From contig CAWCKH010000004.1 of assembly GCA_963796055.1 (NCBI GenBank), positions 1,024,001 through 1,088,000 of the forward strand: 64,000 nucleotides of DNA, written 5' to 3'. This DNA comes from an uncultured delta proteobacterium (GTDB lineage Bacteria; Myxococcota; Myxococcia; Myxococcales; Myxococcaceae). Under the pieces are notes generated by a model, which had not been told where the DNA came from, ran no database searches, and saw only the letters and a list, made by a program, of their open reading frames with translations. The position numbers were made by a program, and so were the translations under genes. This document shows, one piece after another, positions 1 to 10,522 of this stretch. The stretch's first letter is position 1; every line of letters begins with the position of its first letter.

Positions 1-256
1 GCGCCGGAGGGCGCAGCCGAGCGCGGAGCTCCGCGGCCTCCTCCGACCAGAGAGACACCAGGCGTCGCTCGCTGGTGTTCCACACCGCGGCCGTCTCACC
101 GCCGGGCGAGGGCGGCAGGCTGGCGAAGGCCGCGGCCTCCAGCGACAGCACGACCCTCAACCGCTCGACGACCCCGCGCCTGAACCCCTGCCGGCTCGGA
201 GCCTGGCAGGCCCACTCGGCGATGTCCGAGACCAACGAGCCGACGACGAGGTTCAA
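1..256 (-). CDS. Partial CDS running off the left edge; hypothetical, possibly the N-terminus of a transcriptional regulator
   Basis: Open frame from TTG at 256 (MNLVVGSLVSDIAEWACQAPSRQGFRRGVVERLRVVLSLEAAAF...) with GC3-rich codons; divergent from the ArsR gene. Confidence 0.35.
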   Translation of the reverse strand, partial: MNLVVGSLVSDIAEWACQAPSRQGFRRGVVERLRVVLSLEAAAFASLPPSPGGETAAVWNTSERRLVSLWSEEAAELRARLRPPA

Positions 257-449
257 CGCGCTTCGCGCTCGGGCCCCCCGACACGCTCCCCTCTGCCGGG
301 GGGGCGCCCTGACTGGAACCGTAGGGCATCTGCACCACGCGGGTGAAGGCCCCTAGAACGAATGTTCTACTGTTCGTCGCCTCCTGGGCGATTCGTACCC
401 ATCACGACTGGTGCGAACCTACCCGGTGCGGACGTGGGGCGACGGGAAC

Positions 450-959
450 ATGGAGGAAGGGCACGTGCTCGCGCTTCCTCGAGAGGATCTGCTTCACTGC
501 CTTCGAGCGCTCGGAGACCCGCTGCGGCTCCGCATCGTCGTGCTCCTCGCCCATCCGCCCGGCTCCCGCCTGGGGCCTTTGGCGGAGGGTGAGCCCGGGA
601 TGTGCGTCTCGGACCTGCGGGCGAAGATCGGGCGCGCACACGCACTGGTCTCCCACCACATCCAGGTCCTCCGCCGGGCCGGGCTCGTCCGCCGCATCCG
701 CCGCGGGCGCTGGTCGCTGTTGCAGCTGGAGACCGCCCGGGTCGCCGCGCTCGGACAGCAGATTTCCGCGCTGGGTGGAGAGACGATCGCCCTCCTCGGG
801 CAGGCGGAGGCGTACCCCCCCGGGGTCCTCGGATCCGCCGCAGCGCCGGGCCACCTCCTGGGAGAAGCCGGTACGCCGGGCCACTGCCTCAGACCCACCG
901 CTCCGTCTCCGCGCGGCGGCTCGGTCGCGACCGGAATGGCTGGCGCCCGGTCGTGGTGA
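450..959 (+). CDS. ArsR/SmtB family transcriptional regulator
   Basis: LRALGDPLRLRIV...MCVSDL...LVSHHIQVLRRAGLV..RRGRW winged-HTH signature; ATG at 450 chosen. Confidence 0.85.
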   Translation: MEEGHVLALPREDLLHCLRALGDPLRLRIVVLLAHPPGSRLGPLAEGEPGMCVSDLRAKIGRAHALVSHHIQVLRRAGLVRRIRRGRWSLLQLETARVAALGQQISALGGETIALLGQAEAYPPGVLGSAAAPGHLLGEAGTPGHCLRPTAPSPRGGSVATGMAGARSW

Positions 960-998
960 GCGCGGGCTCCAGTCCCGGGGCGCACGGCCGGCCCGGGG

Positions 999-1631
999 TC
1001 ACGCCGACCTGCGACGTCCGAAAGCCCGCGTCACCTCCGGGTGGGAGGCGAGGAGGTCGAGCGCGCGGGCGAGCAGCGTCTTTCCCGGCTCGGTCCGGTG
1101 CCAGGTCGACGCCCCCGACGGATGCGGCAGCGGGACGACGTCCGCCCGGTGCCCCTCGAAGACCAGGCAGTGCAAGGTGCCCACCACCTCGGCCAGCCCT
1201 CCCCGGTGCCCCATCACCTCGGCGATGGCCAGGGTGCCCACCGGCACCACCAGCCGGGGACGCATCAGCTCCACCTCGGCCCGGAGCCAGCGCCGGCAGC
1301 GCGACACCTCGCCCGGATCGGGCCGGCGATCGCCGCCCCCCGGTGCCTTCCCCGGGAAGCAGCGCGTGACCGCCGAGAGGTAAACGTGCCGCCGCACCGT
1401 CTCCTCGTCCGCCCCGAGCACCGAGCCGAACCACCCGAAGAGGGTGCGGCCGGCGGTCCAGGCGAACGGCTTTCCGAGCGACGCCTCCCTCGGCCCCGGA
1501 GCCTGCCCCACCAGGAGAATTCGCGCCGGTTGTGCGGAAGGGTGCACCGGGGTCCCCAACACCCGTGGGCAGGCGCGGCACCCGGAGAGCGCGGCGTGGA
1601 GATCCTGTAGTCGTTCCCGGGTGGTTGGCAT
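999..1631 (-). CDS. Uracil-DNA glycosylase family protein (Fe-S type, family 4/5-like)
   Basis: CRAC, LLVGQAPG, TRCFPG and LPHPSGAS motifs; ATG at 1631 (MPTTRERL). Confidence 0.85.
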   Translation of the reverse strand: MPTTRERLQDLHAALSGCRACPRVLGTPVHPSAQPARILLVGQAPGPREASLGKPFAWTAGRTLFGWFGSVLGADEETVRRHVYLSAVTRCFPGKAPGGGDRRPDPGEVSRCRRWLRAEVELMRPRLVVPVGTLAIAEVMGHRGGLAEVVGTLHCLVFEGHRADVVPLPHPSGASTWHRTEPGKTLLARALDLLASHPEVTRAFGRRRSA

Positions 1632-1697
1632 GCGTCGTCGGGTTGTCCCTGGATTCGACGGAAGGGTAGCCTCGGAAGGTCGCCCCCGTCCCCAGCG

Positions 1698-3551
1698 ATG
1701 CCCGCCTCCATCGAAGCCAGCAATCCACCACTGCGGCCGGTCGCAGGGCCCCCGCACATCCCCGGTTACCGACTGGAGAAGCTGGTGGGCAAGGGCGGGA
1801 TGGGGGAGGTGCACCGTGCGGTCCAGCTGAGCCTGGGCCGCGTGGTGGCGGTGAAGATCCTCTCCGGGGAGCTGGCCGCCGACCCTACCTTCGTCGCTCG
1901 GTTCGACAAGGAGGCCGCTGCGCTGGCCACGCTCAGCCACCCCAACGTGGTGAGCATCGTCGACAAGGGGAAGGCGGAGAACACCTACTACCTGGTGATG
2001 GAGTACGTGGACGGCCCCTCGCTGCGCGAGGTGATGCGCTCGCCCCTGCTCGACATCCCCGGCGCGCTCCGGATCATCATGGAGATCGCCCGGGCCATCG
2101 ACTACGCGCACAGCCGCGGCGTGGTCCACCGCGACCTCAAGCCGGAGAACATCCTCTTCGACGAGCAGGCGGGCGGCATCGCCAAGGTGACCGACTTCGG
2201 CCTGGCCACCTTCTTCGACGACAGCAAGCTCACCAGCCGCTTCAACGTCACCGAGACCCACGTCTCGATGGGCACCCTGAGCTACATGGCGCCCGAGCAG
2301 CGGGTGGACGCGAAGAACGCCGACCACCGCGCCGACGTCTACTCGCTGGGCGTCATGCTCTACGAGCTGCTGGTGGGCGAGGTGCCGATCGGCACCTTCG
2401 ACCCGCCCAGCCAGCGCCGCCCGGGGACCGACCGGCGCCTCGACGGCATCGTCCTCCGCTGCCTCAAGCCCTCGCCCGCCGACCGCTACCAGCGCGTGGC
2501 AGATCTCATGCTGGACCTGGAGCCGTTTGCCCCGGTGTCGTTCAGCCAGGTGCCACGGAAGATCTCCCGGGTCGAGCAGCTGAAGAACCAGGTCCGGGCG
2601 GTGCTGCGCAAGACGATGCGGGTCGCCGAGGTGGCGGTGGTGGTCGCCGCGTTCGCCATCCTGGGCATCAGCTTCGCCCGGACCCGCTACCACCCGCCGC
2701 CGCGGCCGTCACCCGGGACCGCCCTCACCTCCGCCGACCTGCGTCTGGAGACCGCCACCACCTCGCCCGGCCGGATCGCCGACACCAGCAACGTGCGCCG
2801 GATGGTGCTCGGCGAGGGTCCCGACGCCATCCCGCTCATCGCCTGGGGTCGCGTCCCGGGGCTCGAGGGCCGCACGGTGCGCTTCCCCGCAAGCGCCGAC
2901 GACGTCAGCGTGGGGCGCCTCAACCTGGACCTGGTCGACCGCGACGGCATCTCCGCCCATTTCATCGCCGACGTGACCTCCACCGCGCCGCCCTCGTCCT
3001 TCTGGGCCGGCCTCCGCGAACAGCTGCTGGGGGTCTCCCGCGAGCCGCAGTCGGCGCTGGTGCTGCTCGGCAGCCCCGGGCGCTACGTGGCGGTGGTGGT
3101 CTCCGGGGACGGTGAGCCGGTGGCGTTCGAGTGGGCGCTGGGCGAGCGCCGGGGCACCATGCTCGGGCCGCCCAGTCCGCCTGGTGGCGCTGCCCACGTG
3201 AAGCTCGAGGTGGACCGGGCCGGCCAGCTGCAGGCCTTCGTCGGCACGGACATCGACCAGCGGCCGGTCGGCGAGCCGCTCTATCTGGGAACCGACTGGC
3301 GGAACAGCTTCGGCTCCCCACCCACCCCCGCGCTGGGCTGTATCGACGGAGAATGTACCTTCCGCCAGGTGGGTTACGAGATTGGCCGGGAGCCGCCGGA
3401 CCTTCCCGAGCCTCTGGTACTGACCGAACCCTCCACCCCCGGGAAGTCGAAGACGGTTGCCAAGGGGACCACCAAGCGCAAGGCACAGACCGACAAGAAG
3501 CCGGTTCCCGTGCGCCCCCCGGTGTCCACCACCCGCCACGCGAAGAAGTGA
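1698..3551 (+). CDS. Membrane-anchored Hanks-type Ser/Thr protein kinase with a C-terminal extracytoplasmic domain
   Basis: GKGGMGEV, VAVK, HRDLKPEN, DFG and YMAPEQ motifs; TM segment VAVVVAAFAILGISF. Confidence 0.95.
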   Translation: MPASIEASNPPLRPVAGPPHIPGYRLEKLVGKGGMGEVHRAVQLSLGRVVAVKILSGELAADPTFVARFDKEAAALATLSHPNVVSIVDKGKAENTYYLVMEYVDGPSLREVMRSPLLDIPGALRIIMEIARAIDYAHSRGVVHRDLKPENILFDEQAGGIAKVTDFGLATFFDDSKLTSRFNVTETHVSMGTLSYMAPEQRVDAKNADHRADVYSLGVMLYELLVGEVPIGTFDPPSQRRPGTDRRLDGIVLRCLKPSPADRYQRVADLMLDLEPFAPVSFSQVPRKISRVEQLKNQVRAVLRKTMRVAEVAVVVAAFAILGISFARTRYHPPPRPSPGTALTSADLRLETATTSPGRIADTSNVRRMVLGEGPDAIPLIAWGRVPGLEGRTVRFPASADDVSVGRLNLDLVDRDGISAHFIADVTSTAPPSSFWAGLREQLLGVSREPQSALVLLGSPGRYVAVVVSGDGEPVAFEWALGERRGTMLGPPSPPGGAAHVKLEVDRAGQLQAFVGTDIDQRPVGEPLYLGTDWRNSFGSPPTPALGCIDGECTFRQVGYEIGREPPDLPEPLVLTEPSTPGKSKTVAKGTTKRKAQTDKKPVPVRPPVSTTRHAKK

Positions 3552-3586
3552 CCGCGGGCGGCCTCCCGGTTCACGAAAGCCACCCG

Positions 3587-6500
3587 ATGCGTCGCCTCCT
3601 CCCCGTCCTGGTGCTCGCGCTCTGCGCCTGCGCCCACGTCGCACCCTCTCCCACCGCGGTGCTCGACGACGCCGCGGGCCGCGCGAAGGACGCCGACGCC
3701 CCGGCCCGGACCGTGGCCCTCGCCGCCTTCCACGCCCTGCTGGTGGAGAACCAGCCGGAGCGCGCCCGGTCCCTCGCCGAGGATGCCCTTCGCCGCGACC
3801 CCCGTGAGCCCTACGCGCTCGCGCTGCAGGGCGTGCTCGCCCACCGCGACGGACACCCCGAGGCGGCGCTCGACGCGGCTCTCCGGCTGGTCCGGGCGGC
3901 GCCGAAGCACCCCCTGGCCACCGCGGCGGCGCGGGAGATCCAGGACAGGGCGGGGACGGCAGGCTCGCTGGACGCGCGCATCCTCGCCGAGGCACCCCAG
4001 GCGCTCGCCGCGGGCGCGGGCGGCGAGACCGCGGTCCTTCTCCGCCAGGCGCTCGCCCAGCTGCAGTTCCTCGACCAGCGGCCCGAGCTGGCCGAGACCC
4101 GGGCGGCGGCGGGGGTGCCGGCGGAGGTCACCGTCCTCGGGCCACTGTCCCCGCTGCACCTGCTCGCCTTCGGAGAGCGCACCGAGTCGGAGCGCACCGG
4201 CGCCATCCCGGACACGGTGGACGGCCCCTTCGGCGCGACCAGTCCCCGGGTCCTCCCGCTCTCCTCCGGCGGGAGGCTGTCGCTCGAGGCCGAAGGGCTC
4301 GCCGGAGACGTCTACGTGGTGGCGGTGGACGTCGAGGTGCCCGCGGCGGCGCTCTACGTGGTCCGTGCGACCAGCCCCAGCACCCACCGGATGCTGCTCG
4401 ACGGCACCCTGCTCTACGAGCGCCGGACGTACGAGCGGCCGGGTTCCACCGTCGCGGTGCGCGCGGTCCGCCTGGAGCCCGGCGTCCATCGGCTCCTGGC
4501 GGTGCTGCTCAAGGAGGAGCGCACCGGCTCGCTGGCGTTCACCGTGTCGCGGGCGGACGGGCAACCTTCGGGCCTGCGCCTGTCGGCCGCGCGGGGGCCA
4601 GCGCCGCGCTGGAGCGGGGTGAAGGTGGAGGATGCCCCGGGCTTCCACCCGGACGCGGCGAGCATGGAGGCCGCGCTGGAGAGCGAGGCGGGCCGGTCGC
4701 TGGCCACCTACCTCGCCGCCCGCGACGCGGAGGGCCGGGACGTGGACGGCGCCCGGCGGATGCTCTCGGAGCTGGGGCCGCCGCCGCCCGCCGCGGCCTG
4801 GAACGTGCTCTCGGCGGACCTGGCCCTGCGCGACCGGAGCCTCCCCACCAAGGTGGCGCAGGGCCGGGCGACGCGGGACCTCGAGGTCGCGGTGGAGCGG
4901 GACCCGGCGAACGTCGGCGCCCTGCTGGCTCGCGGCTTCCTGGCGATCAACGATCAGCGGGTGGACCAGGCGGTGGCGCTCGCTGCCCGGGCGCGCGCGG
5001 CGCACTCTCCGGTGGGGACGCCGCTGCTGTCGCTCGAGTCACGGATCGCGCTGGCCCAGGGCGTGGACGCGCAGGCGGACACCCTGGCCCGGCAGAGCCT
5101 CGAGCAGGTCCCCGGGCTCTGCGAGGCGCTGCTGGTCCGCTACGACGTCGCCCGGCGGCGTGACGCGGTGGCCACCAGCGACGGGCTCCTCGACGCCCTC
5201 TCCACCTGCCCCGGCGAGCAGCTCCGGCGGGTGAACCACTGGAAGCTCCGCGGCCAGCTGGACCGGGCGCTGGGGGAGATGCGACAGCTCCGGGCGCGGC
5301 TCCCCGGGGACTTGACGCTCGGCGCGCAGGAGGCGGATCTCCTGGTGGCGCTGCGGCGGACGGACGAGGCGGCGGCGCTGCTCCGGGGCCTCACCGCGCT
5401 GCGTCCCCGCGACCCGTCGCTCTGGAAGCGCCTCGGTGACACCCTGGCGCTGGGCAAGCACCCCGCCGAGGCGCTGGACGCGCGCGAGCGGGCGCTCACC
5501 CTGGATGGCTCGGACCTCTCGCTGCGGCGCACGGTGGAGCGGGCCAGGACCGGGAAGGAGATCCTCGCCGAATTCGCCATCGACGGGCGGAAGGCGCTCA
5601 AGGCCTTCGACGCGCGGGGGAGCAACGTCGAGGGCTCGAGCGTGCTGGTGGTGGACGCCGCGGCGACCCGGGCCTTCGCCGACGGCTCGATGGTGGACCG
5701 CATCCACACCGTGGAGAAGGTGCTGGACCAGAGCGCGGTGGCCCGCGTGGCCGAGGTGCAGGTGCCGCAGGGGGCGCAGGTGCTGGCGCTCCGGACGCTC
5801 AAGGCCGATGGCACGGTGCTCGAGCCCGAGAGCCTGGACAAGGACACGGTGAGCCTCCCCGGCGTGGGTGTAGGCGACGCGGTGGAGTTCGAATATCTCC
5901 TGTCGCATCCGGCGCGGCGTGCGGCGAGCCCGGGCTGGACCGCGGGCGCGTTCTACTTCCAGGTGGGGGGACGGCGGACGACTGGGCGACGTACGCGGTC
6001 CTCGCGCCGCGCGGCTCGGGGATGACGGTGGACGCGCACAACATGCCCGCTCCGCCGGTGAAGACGGAAGGTGACCAGGACGTGCTGCGGGCGGAGGTGC
6101 GCGGCGCTCCGGCGCTGGTGCCCGAGCCCAACGCGCCACCGTCGGGGACCGAGCAGCTCCCCTTCCTCGTCGTCGGTGCCGGCGACACCGGGCCAGGCGG
6201 GCTGCTCACCGCCACCGGCGACGCGCTGAGCGCGCGGGCGCAGCGGACCTTCGAGGTCGAGGCCTTTGCCCATACGGCCACGGCTGGAAAGTCGGGGCTG
6301 GAGGCGGTGCGGGCGCTGCACGCGGCGGTGATGGACCGCATCCCGGGGCGGGACTCCGGACTGGCGCTCAGCGCGGCCAGCACCCTGGCGCAGGATCGGG
6401 GAAGCCGGCTGTGGCTGCTCAAGGCGGCGCTCGAGGCGGAGGGCTTCCCCGCGCGCCTGGCGGTGGTGCGGACGTTCGCCACCGACCCCAACCCTTACCG

Positions 6501-7371
6501 GTTCCCCAACGAGAATCTCTTCCCCTACGTGTGCCTGCGGGTGGAGGTGCCAGGCCGCGAGCCGGTGTGGCTGGACACCGTGATCCGCTACGGCCCGTTC
6601 GGCTTCCTTCCCGAGCAGGCGGCGAACGGCCGGGAGGCGTACCTGCTTCCCGAGCCGGGACGGCCGCTGGTGGCGCTGAAGACGCCAGCGCAGCCACCGC
6701 TCGGAGGGCGCGAGGTGAAGCTCGACCTGGCGCTGGCCGAGGACGGGACGCTCAGCGGCAACGTGCTCGAGGTGTACAGCGGCTTCGAGGCGGCGCAGCT
6801 GGCCGAGACGCTGGAGGGAGTGTCCAACGAGCAGCGGGACCAGGCGCTGCAGCAGGCGCTGTCCCGCTACTTCGGCGGGGCACAGCTGTCGGACCTCCGG
6901 CTGGACGTGAAGCGGGCGGTGGGGGCGCCACTGTCGCTGCGCTACCACTTCGTCGCGCCGAGGTTCGCCCGGGTGGACGAGGGCCGGATGACGCTCGGCC
7001 CACTCACCTACCCCGCGCAGGTGGGGCGGCGGTACGTGACGGTGGGGACGCGCCGCTCGCCGCTGTTCATCGACTCCACGGAGCAGAACGTGAGCCACGT
7101 CGCGCTCCGGCTCCCACCCGGCTGGCACATCGACGACCCGCTGAAGGGCGGGAAGCTGGAGAGCCCGTTCGGCCTCTTCACCCGCGACGAGCAGGGGGCG
7201 GACGTGTTCCGGGTGGAGGAGCGCTACCGGCTGGACATGGCGCGCATTCCGGTGAACCAGTACGAGGCGTTCGCCAGCTTCGCAGGCCAGGTGGACCTGC
7301 TCCAGACGCGGGACCTGGTGGCGATCAAGCCGGGCGCGCTGAAGAACCCCGCCGGGCGGACCCAGCGCTGA
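3587..7371 (+). CDS. Large TPR lipoprotein with DUF3857/transglutaminase-like C-terminal half; frameshifted at ~5965-5971
   Basis: Lipobox MRRLLPVLVLALCAC; TPR-like helices; RTLKADGTVLEPE...LPGVGVGDAVEFEY (DUF3857-like). Adding one G to the G6 run joins ORF 3131-6025 to ORF 6022-7371 (FYFQVGGTADDWATYAVLAP). Confidence 0.75.
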
Positions 7372-7390
7372 GCTTCGTTCGGCCCCCCGG

Positions 7391-7668
7391 AACGAGGTGT
7401 CCCGGAACGAGGTGTCTGGCACCTCCCGGTCGGGTACCCGTAACGAGGCGTAACGAGGTGTCCGGAACGAGGTGTCTGGCACCCCGTCCGCGGCGCGACC
7501 GTCCGTAACGAGGCGTCTGGCACCTCCCGGCCGGGCACCTTCCCGGTCGTAACGCGGCGTAACGAGGTGTCCTTAACGAGGTGTCTGGCACCTCGTCCGG
7601 GCACCTCGTCCGGGCACCTCGTCCGGGGGGTAACGAGGTGTCTGGCACCCTGTCCGGGTACCTCGACC
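7391..7668. repeat. Cluster of REP-like imperfect palindromes (AAC)GAGGTGTCTGGCACC(T/C)C, BIME-like
   Basis: Full copies at 7409, 7469, 7510, 7578 and 7635, plus half-sites (TAACGAGGCG, GGCACCTCGTCCG); lies between convergent genes. Confidence 0.85.
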
Positions 7669-7669
7669 G

Positions 7670-8110
7670 TCAGGGCCCGGCGCGGGCCGGCACAACCTGC
7701 CTTCGCCGCAGGGCATCGAGGCTCCAGGGTCCGGCGCCCGCGGCGGAGATGTAGAGCCAGACGAAGCAGAACAGCACGGCCGGGTGTCCCCCGTTGAGCA
7801 CCGGCCAGAAGCCCTGCGGGGCGTGACCGTGGAAGTACGCCACGGCCATCTCGCCCGAGAGGATGAAGGCGACCGGGCGGGTGAAGAGCCCGAGCAGCAG
7901 CAGCGGCCCGCCCACCAGCTCCAGGAGGGCGGCGACCCCCAGGAGCGAGGCGAGTGGGACGGCCCTTCCGTCGGGCATCAGCGGGCCTGGCCACACGAGG
8001 AGCTTGGCCGTCCCGAACTGAAGGAAGAGGAAGGCGGCGACGATGCGCAGGATGCTCAGCAGCTGCGGCGCCCAGCCGACCCACCGGGCGACGAGACTCT
8101 GTTCGGCCAT
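7670..8110 (-). CDS. DoxX family membrane protein
   Basis: LLSILRIVAAFLFLQFGTAKL...LGLFTRPVAFILSGEMAVAYF...GAGPWSLD; GGAGG RBS before ATG 8110. Confidence 0.9.
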   Translation of the reverse strand: MAEQSLVARWVGWAPQLLSILRIVAAFLFLQFGTAKLLVWPGPLMPDGRAVPLASLLGVAALLELVGGPLLLLGLFTRPVAFILSGEMAVAYFHGHAPQGFWPVLNGGHPAVLFCFVWLYISAAGAGPWSLDALRRRQVVPARAGP

Positions 8111-8294
8111 GAAACCTCCCCGCGAAGGGTTCACGATGGTACGCGCGGGACGGCGGCTCCAACCGCAGGCCGCGTCCAGCACCGCTCACCGCCCGACAGG
8201 AGTCGAGGCGCCTCTCCCACCGGCAGCCAGGGAACCTCCACTCGCTGCCCCCGCCATCGCTGCGCCCGAATCGACCGACAAGCTTCCGGGCCTG

Positions 8295-8825
8295 ATGCCC
8301 GAACGGATGTCTGTGCTCACGAGGGTCTTCCTCGCCACCGTCGTGGTGGCCGCGGCCGACCTCGCCGATGCGGTGGTGATCTGGGTGGTTCTGTTCCAGC
8401 GCAGCACCGTGCAGCGCATCCTCCAGAGCATCGCCTCGGGTCTCCTCGGCCCGGACGCCTTCCGCGGTGGGAGCACGACCGCGCTGCTCGGACTCGGCCT
8501 GCATCTCACGATCGCGCTGGGATGGACGCTGGTCTTCCTCGCCCTCCTCCAGCGCTGGCCATGGCTCCGAGCACGGACCCGCGCCGTCCGGGGAGCCGTG
8601 CTGGTCGGGCTGGTCTACGGTGCCGCGGTCTGGCTGCTGATGGACGGCGTGGTGCTGCCGCTCAGCCGGGCGCGGGCGGTCTCGCCCACGGTGGCGTGGT
8701 TCTGGATCCAGCTCGCCACCCATCCGCTGGTGGTCGGACTGCCGATCGCGCTCATCCTCCGGGGCGTCCAGCCATTCGCCGCGCCACTCGCGGCAGTCTC
8801 CGCGGCGGCACGTGGGGATCGCTGA
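8295..8825 (+). CDS. Conserved-type hypothetical integral membrane protein
   Basis: Four hydrophobic segments; ILQSIASGLLG.DAF.GG and LGLHLTIA; start at 8295 or 8307. Confidence 0.65.
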   Translation: MPERMSVLTRVFLATVVVAAADLADAVVIWVVLFQRSTVQRILQSIASGLLGPDAFRGGSTTALLGLGLHLTIALGWTLVFLALLQRWPWLRARTRAVRGAVLVGLVYGAAVWLLMDGVVLPLSRARAVSPTVAWFWIQLATHPLVVGLPIALILRGVQPFAAPLAAVSAAARGDR

Positions 8826-8837
8826 ACGACGCCACCC

Positions 8838-10394
8838 TCAGATCGCGATCTCGCCCGCCCGGTCGTGCCGGGGCAGGGCCACGTAGAAGGTCGCCCCCTG
8901 GTCGGGCACCCCCACGCCCCACACCCTCCCTCCATGCCGCTGCACGATGCGCCGCACGTGCGCCAGCCCGATGCCGGTGCCCTCGAACTCGTCCGCCCGG
9001 TGCAGCCGCTGGAAGACGCCGAAGAGCTTGTGGGCGTACTTCATGTCGAAGCCCACTCCGTTGTCCCGGACGTAGACGATGTCCTCGGCGCCCGGGACGT
9101 TCACCGTCCCCACCTCGACCCGCGCCTGCCGTCGCATGCGGGTGTACTTCAGCGCGTTGCCGAGCAGGTTTCGCAACACGAGGAGCAGCATCGACGGATC
9201 ACCCTGGACGGTGGGGAGCCCGTGGACCACCCACTCCACCTCGCGCCCCTCCTGCTCGTGGAGCAGCCCCTCCCGGGCCAGACGGAGCACGGAGTCGAGG
9301 TCCACGCTGACGGCGCGAAGCTCGGCCCTGGACACCCTGCTGAAAGAAAGCAGGTCGTCCACCATCTGGACCGCCTCGGCGGCGGTGCTCCGGAGCATCG
9401 CCACGTAGCTGCGCTCGCGGGCGTCGAGGCGAGAGCCGGCGCTCTCGTCGAGGAGCCGGGTGAAGCCACCCAGCTGGCGGAGCGGCGCCCGAAGGTCGTG
9501 GCTCACCGAGGAGGTGAACGCCCCGAGCTCGGCGTTCACCGCGGCCAGCGCCTGGGTCCGCTCGGCGACGCGCTGCTCGAGCGAGGAGTTGAGCGCGCGG
9601 ATGGCCTGCTCGCGCTCGTCCATCGCCGTCACCGCCTCGGCGTGGCTCCGGGCCAGGGCCAGGAGCTGCCGGCGGCTGGTGTATCCGAGTAGCAGCGCCA
9701 GCATCCCCACGCACCCCAGCGACAGCCAGAACAGCAGCCGGCCGGTGAGCGCCGCGTGCTCGGCCCGTTCGCGGCGGCGCGCCTGCTCGCTCTCGCCGAG
9801 GGTGTCGAGTACCGCGAGCATGCTGGAGAGCCGTTGCACGCCCTCGCCGGCCTTGAAGTAGTGGATGTAGTCGTCGCCCGACTCGAAGAGCGCGCGCTCC
9901 CAGACGGCGTACCGGCTCCAGTCCCGCGCCATCGTCTCGACGATCTCCAGTCGCGCGAGCTGGTCCGGGTGGTTGCGCAGGAGGAGCCGCAAGCTCTGGA
10001 TCGTCTCGGTGACCTTGCCGTCGGCGCGCTCGAGCGGCCCGAGGAAGCTCCCGTCACCGGAGAGGAGGTATCCGCGCAGCCCGGTCTCCCGATCGACCAG
10101 CAGCTCGCGGAGCCGTGCCAGCTGCGCGAGCACCTGGTCCGACCGCTGCGTCAGCCGTGCCTGGTGAACCAGCAGCGCCACCCCGCTGCCCAGCGCCACC
10201 GCGAGGAGCGTGAGCAGGATCGCCGGGATGAGGAACGCGTGGGTGAGCAGCCGCCGGAACTCGACCGACTCGTGGGCGAGCGGCGCGGAGGGCGGCGTGA
10301 GGCCGGGAGGGAGCTGGACGGAGGCACCGGGCGAGGCGGCGGTCGTCGGAGCGGGCTCGCCGAGAGGCTCGGCAACGGAGTGCGGGGCGTGCAC
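8838..10394 (-). CDS. CHASE3 sensor histidine kinase
   Basis: LVDRETGLRGYLLSGD (CHASE3); SVSHDLRAPLR H-box; NLLGNALKY, DNGVGFD and GTGIGLA boxes. Confidence 0.92.
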   Translation of the reverse strand: MHAPHSVAEPLGEPAPTTAASPGASVQLPPGLTPPSAPLAHESVEFRRLLTHAFLIPAILLTLLAVALGSGVALLVHQARLTQRSDQVLAQLARLRELLVDRETGLRGYLLSGDGSFLGPLERADGKVTETIQSLRLLLRNHPDQLARLEIVETMARDWSRYAVWERALFESGDDYIHYFKAGEGVQRLSSMLAVLDTLGESEQARRRERAEHAALTGRLLFWLSLGCVGMLALLLGYTSRRQLLALARSHAEAVTAMDEREQAIRALNSSLEQRVAERTQALAAVNAELGAFTSSVSHDLRAPLRQLGGFTRLLDESAGSRLDARERSYVAMLRSTAAEAVQMVDDLLSFSRVSRAELRAVSVDLDSVLRLAREGLLHEQEGREVEWVVHGLPTVQGDPSMLLLVLRNLLGNALKYTRMRRQARVEVGTVNVPGAEDIVYVRDNGVGFDMKYAHKLFGVFQRLHRADEFEGTGIGLAHVRRIVQRHGGRVWGVGVPDQGATFYVALPRHDRAGEIAI

Positions 10395-10522
10395 GTGGGC
10401 GAAGGAGCCCGGTTTCTAGCACGCCCGCCATGCGGGCTTGCCGCTGGCGCCGTTGTCGGATACCCGCGCCGTTGCACCCGCACGCACATCCATCGACTCC
10501 ACCTGCTTCTTGCGCGCCCTGC

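Noticed and set aside
450..959. ArsR gene as the SdpR regulator of the sdp locus
   Set aside because: 27 kb away with no adjacent sdpI-like gene; ArsR regulators are common.
7391..7668. CRISPR array or coding ORFs in the palindrome cluster
   Set aside because: Irregular spacing, intervening DNA is itself made of repeat fragments, and ORFs across it are just translations of the repeat.
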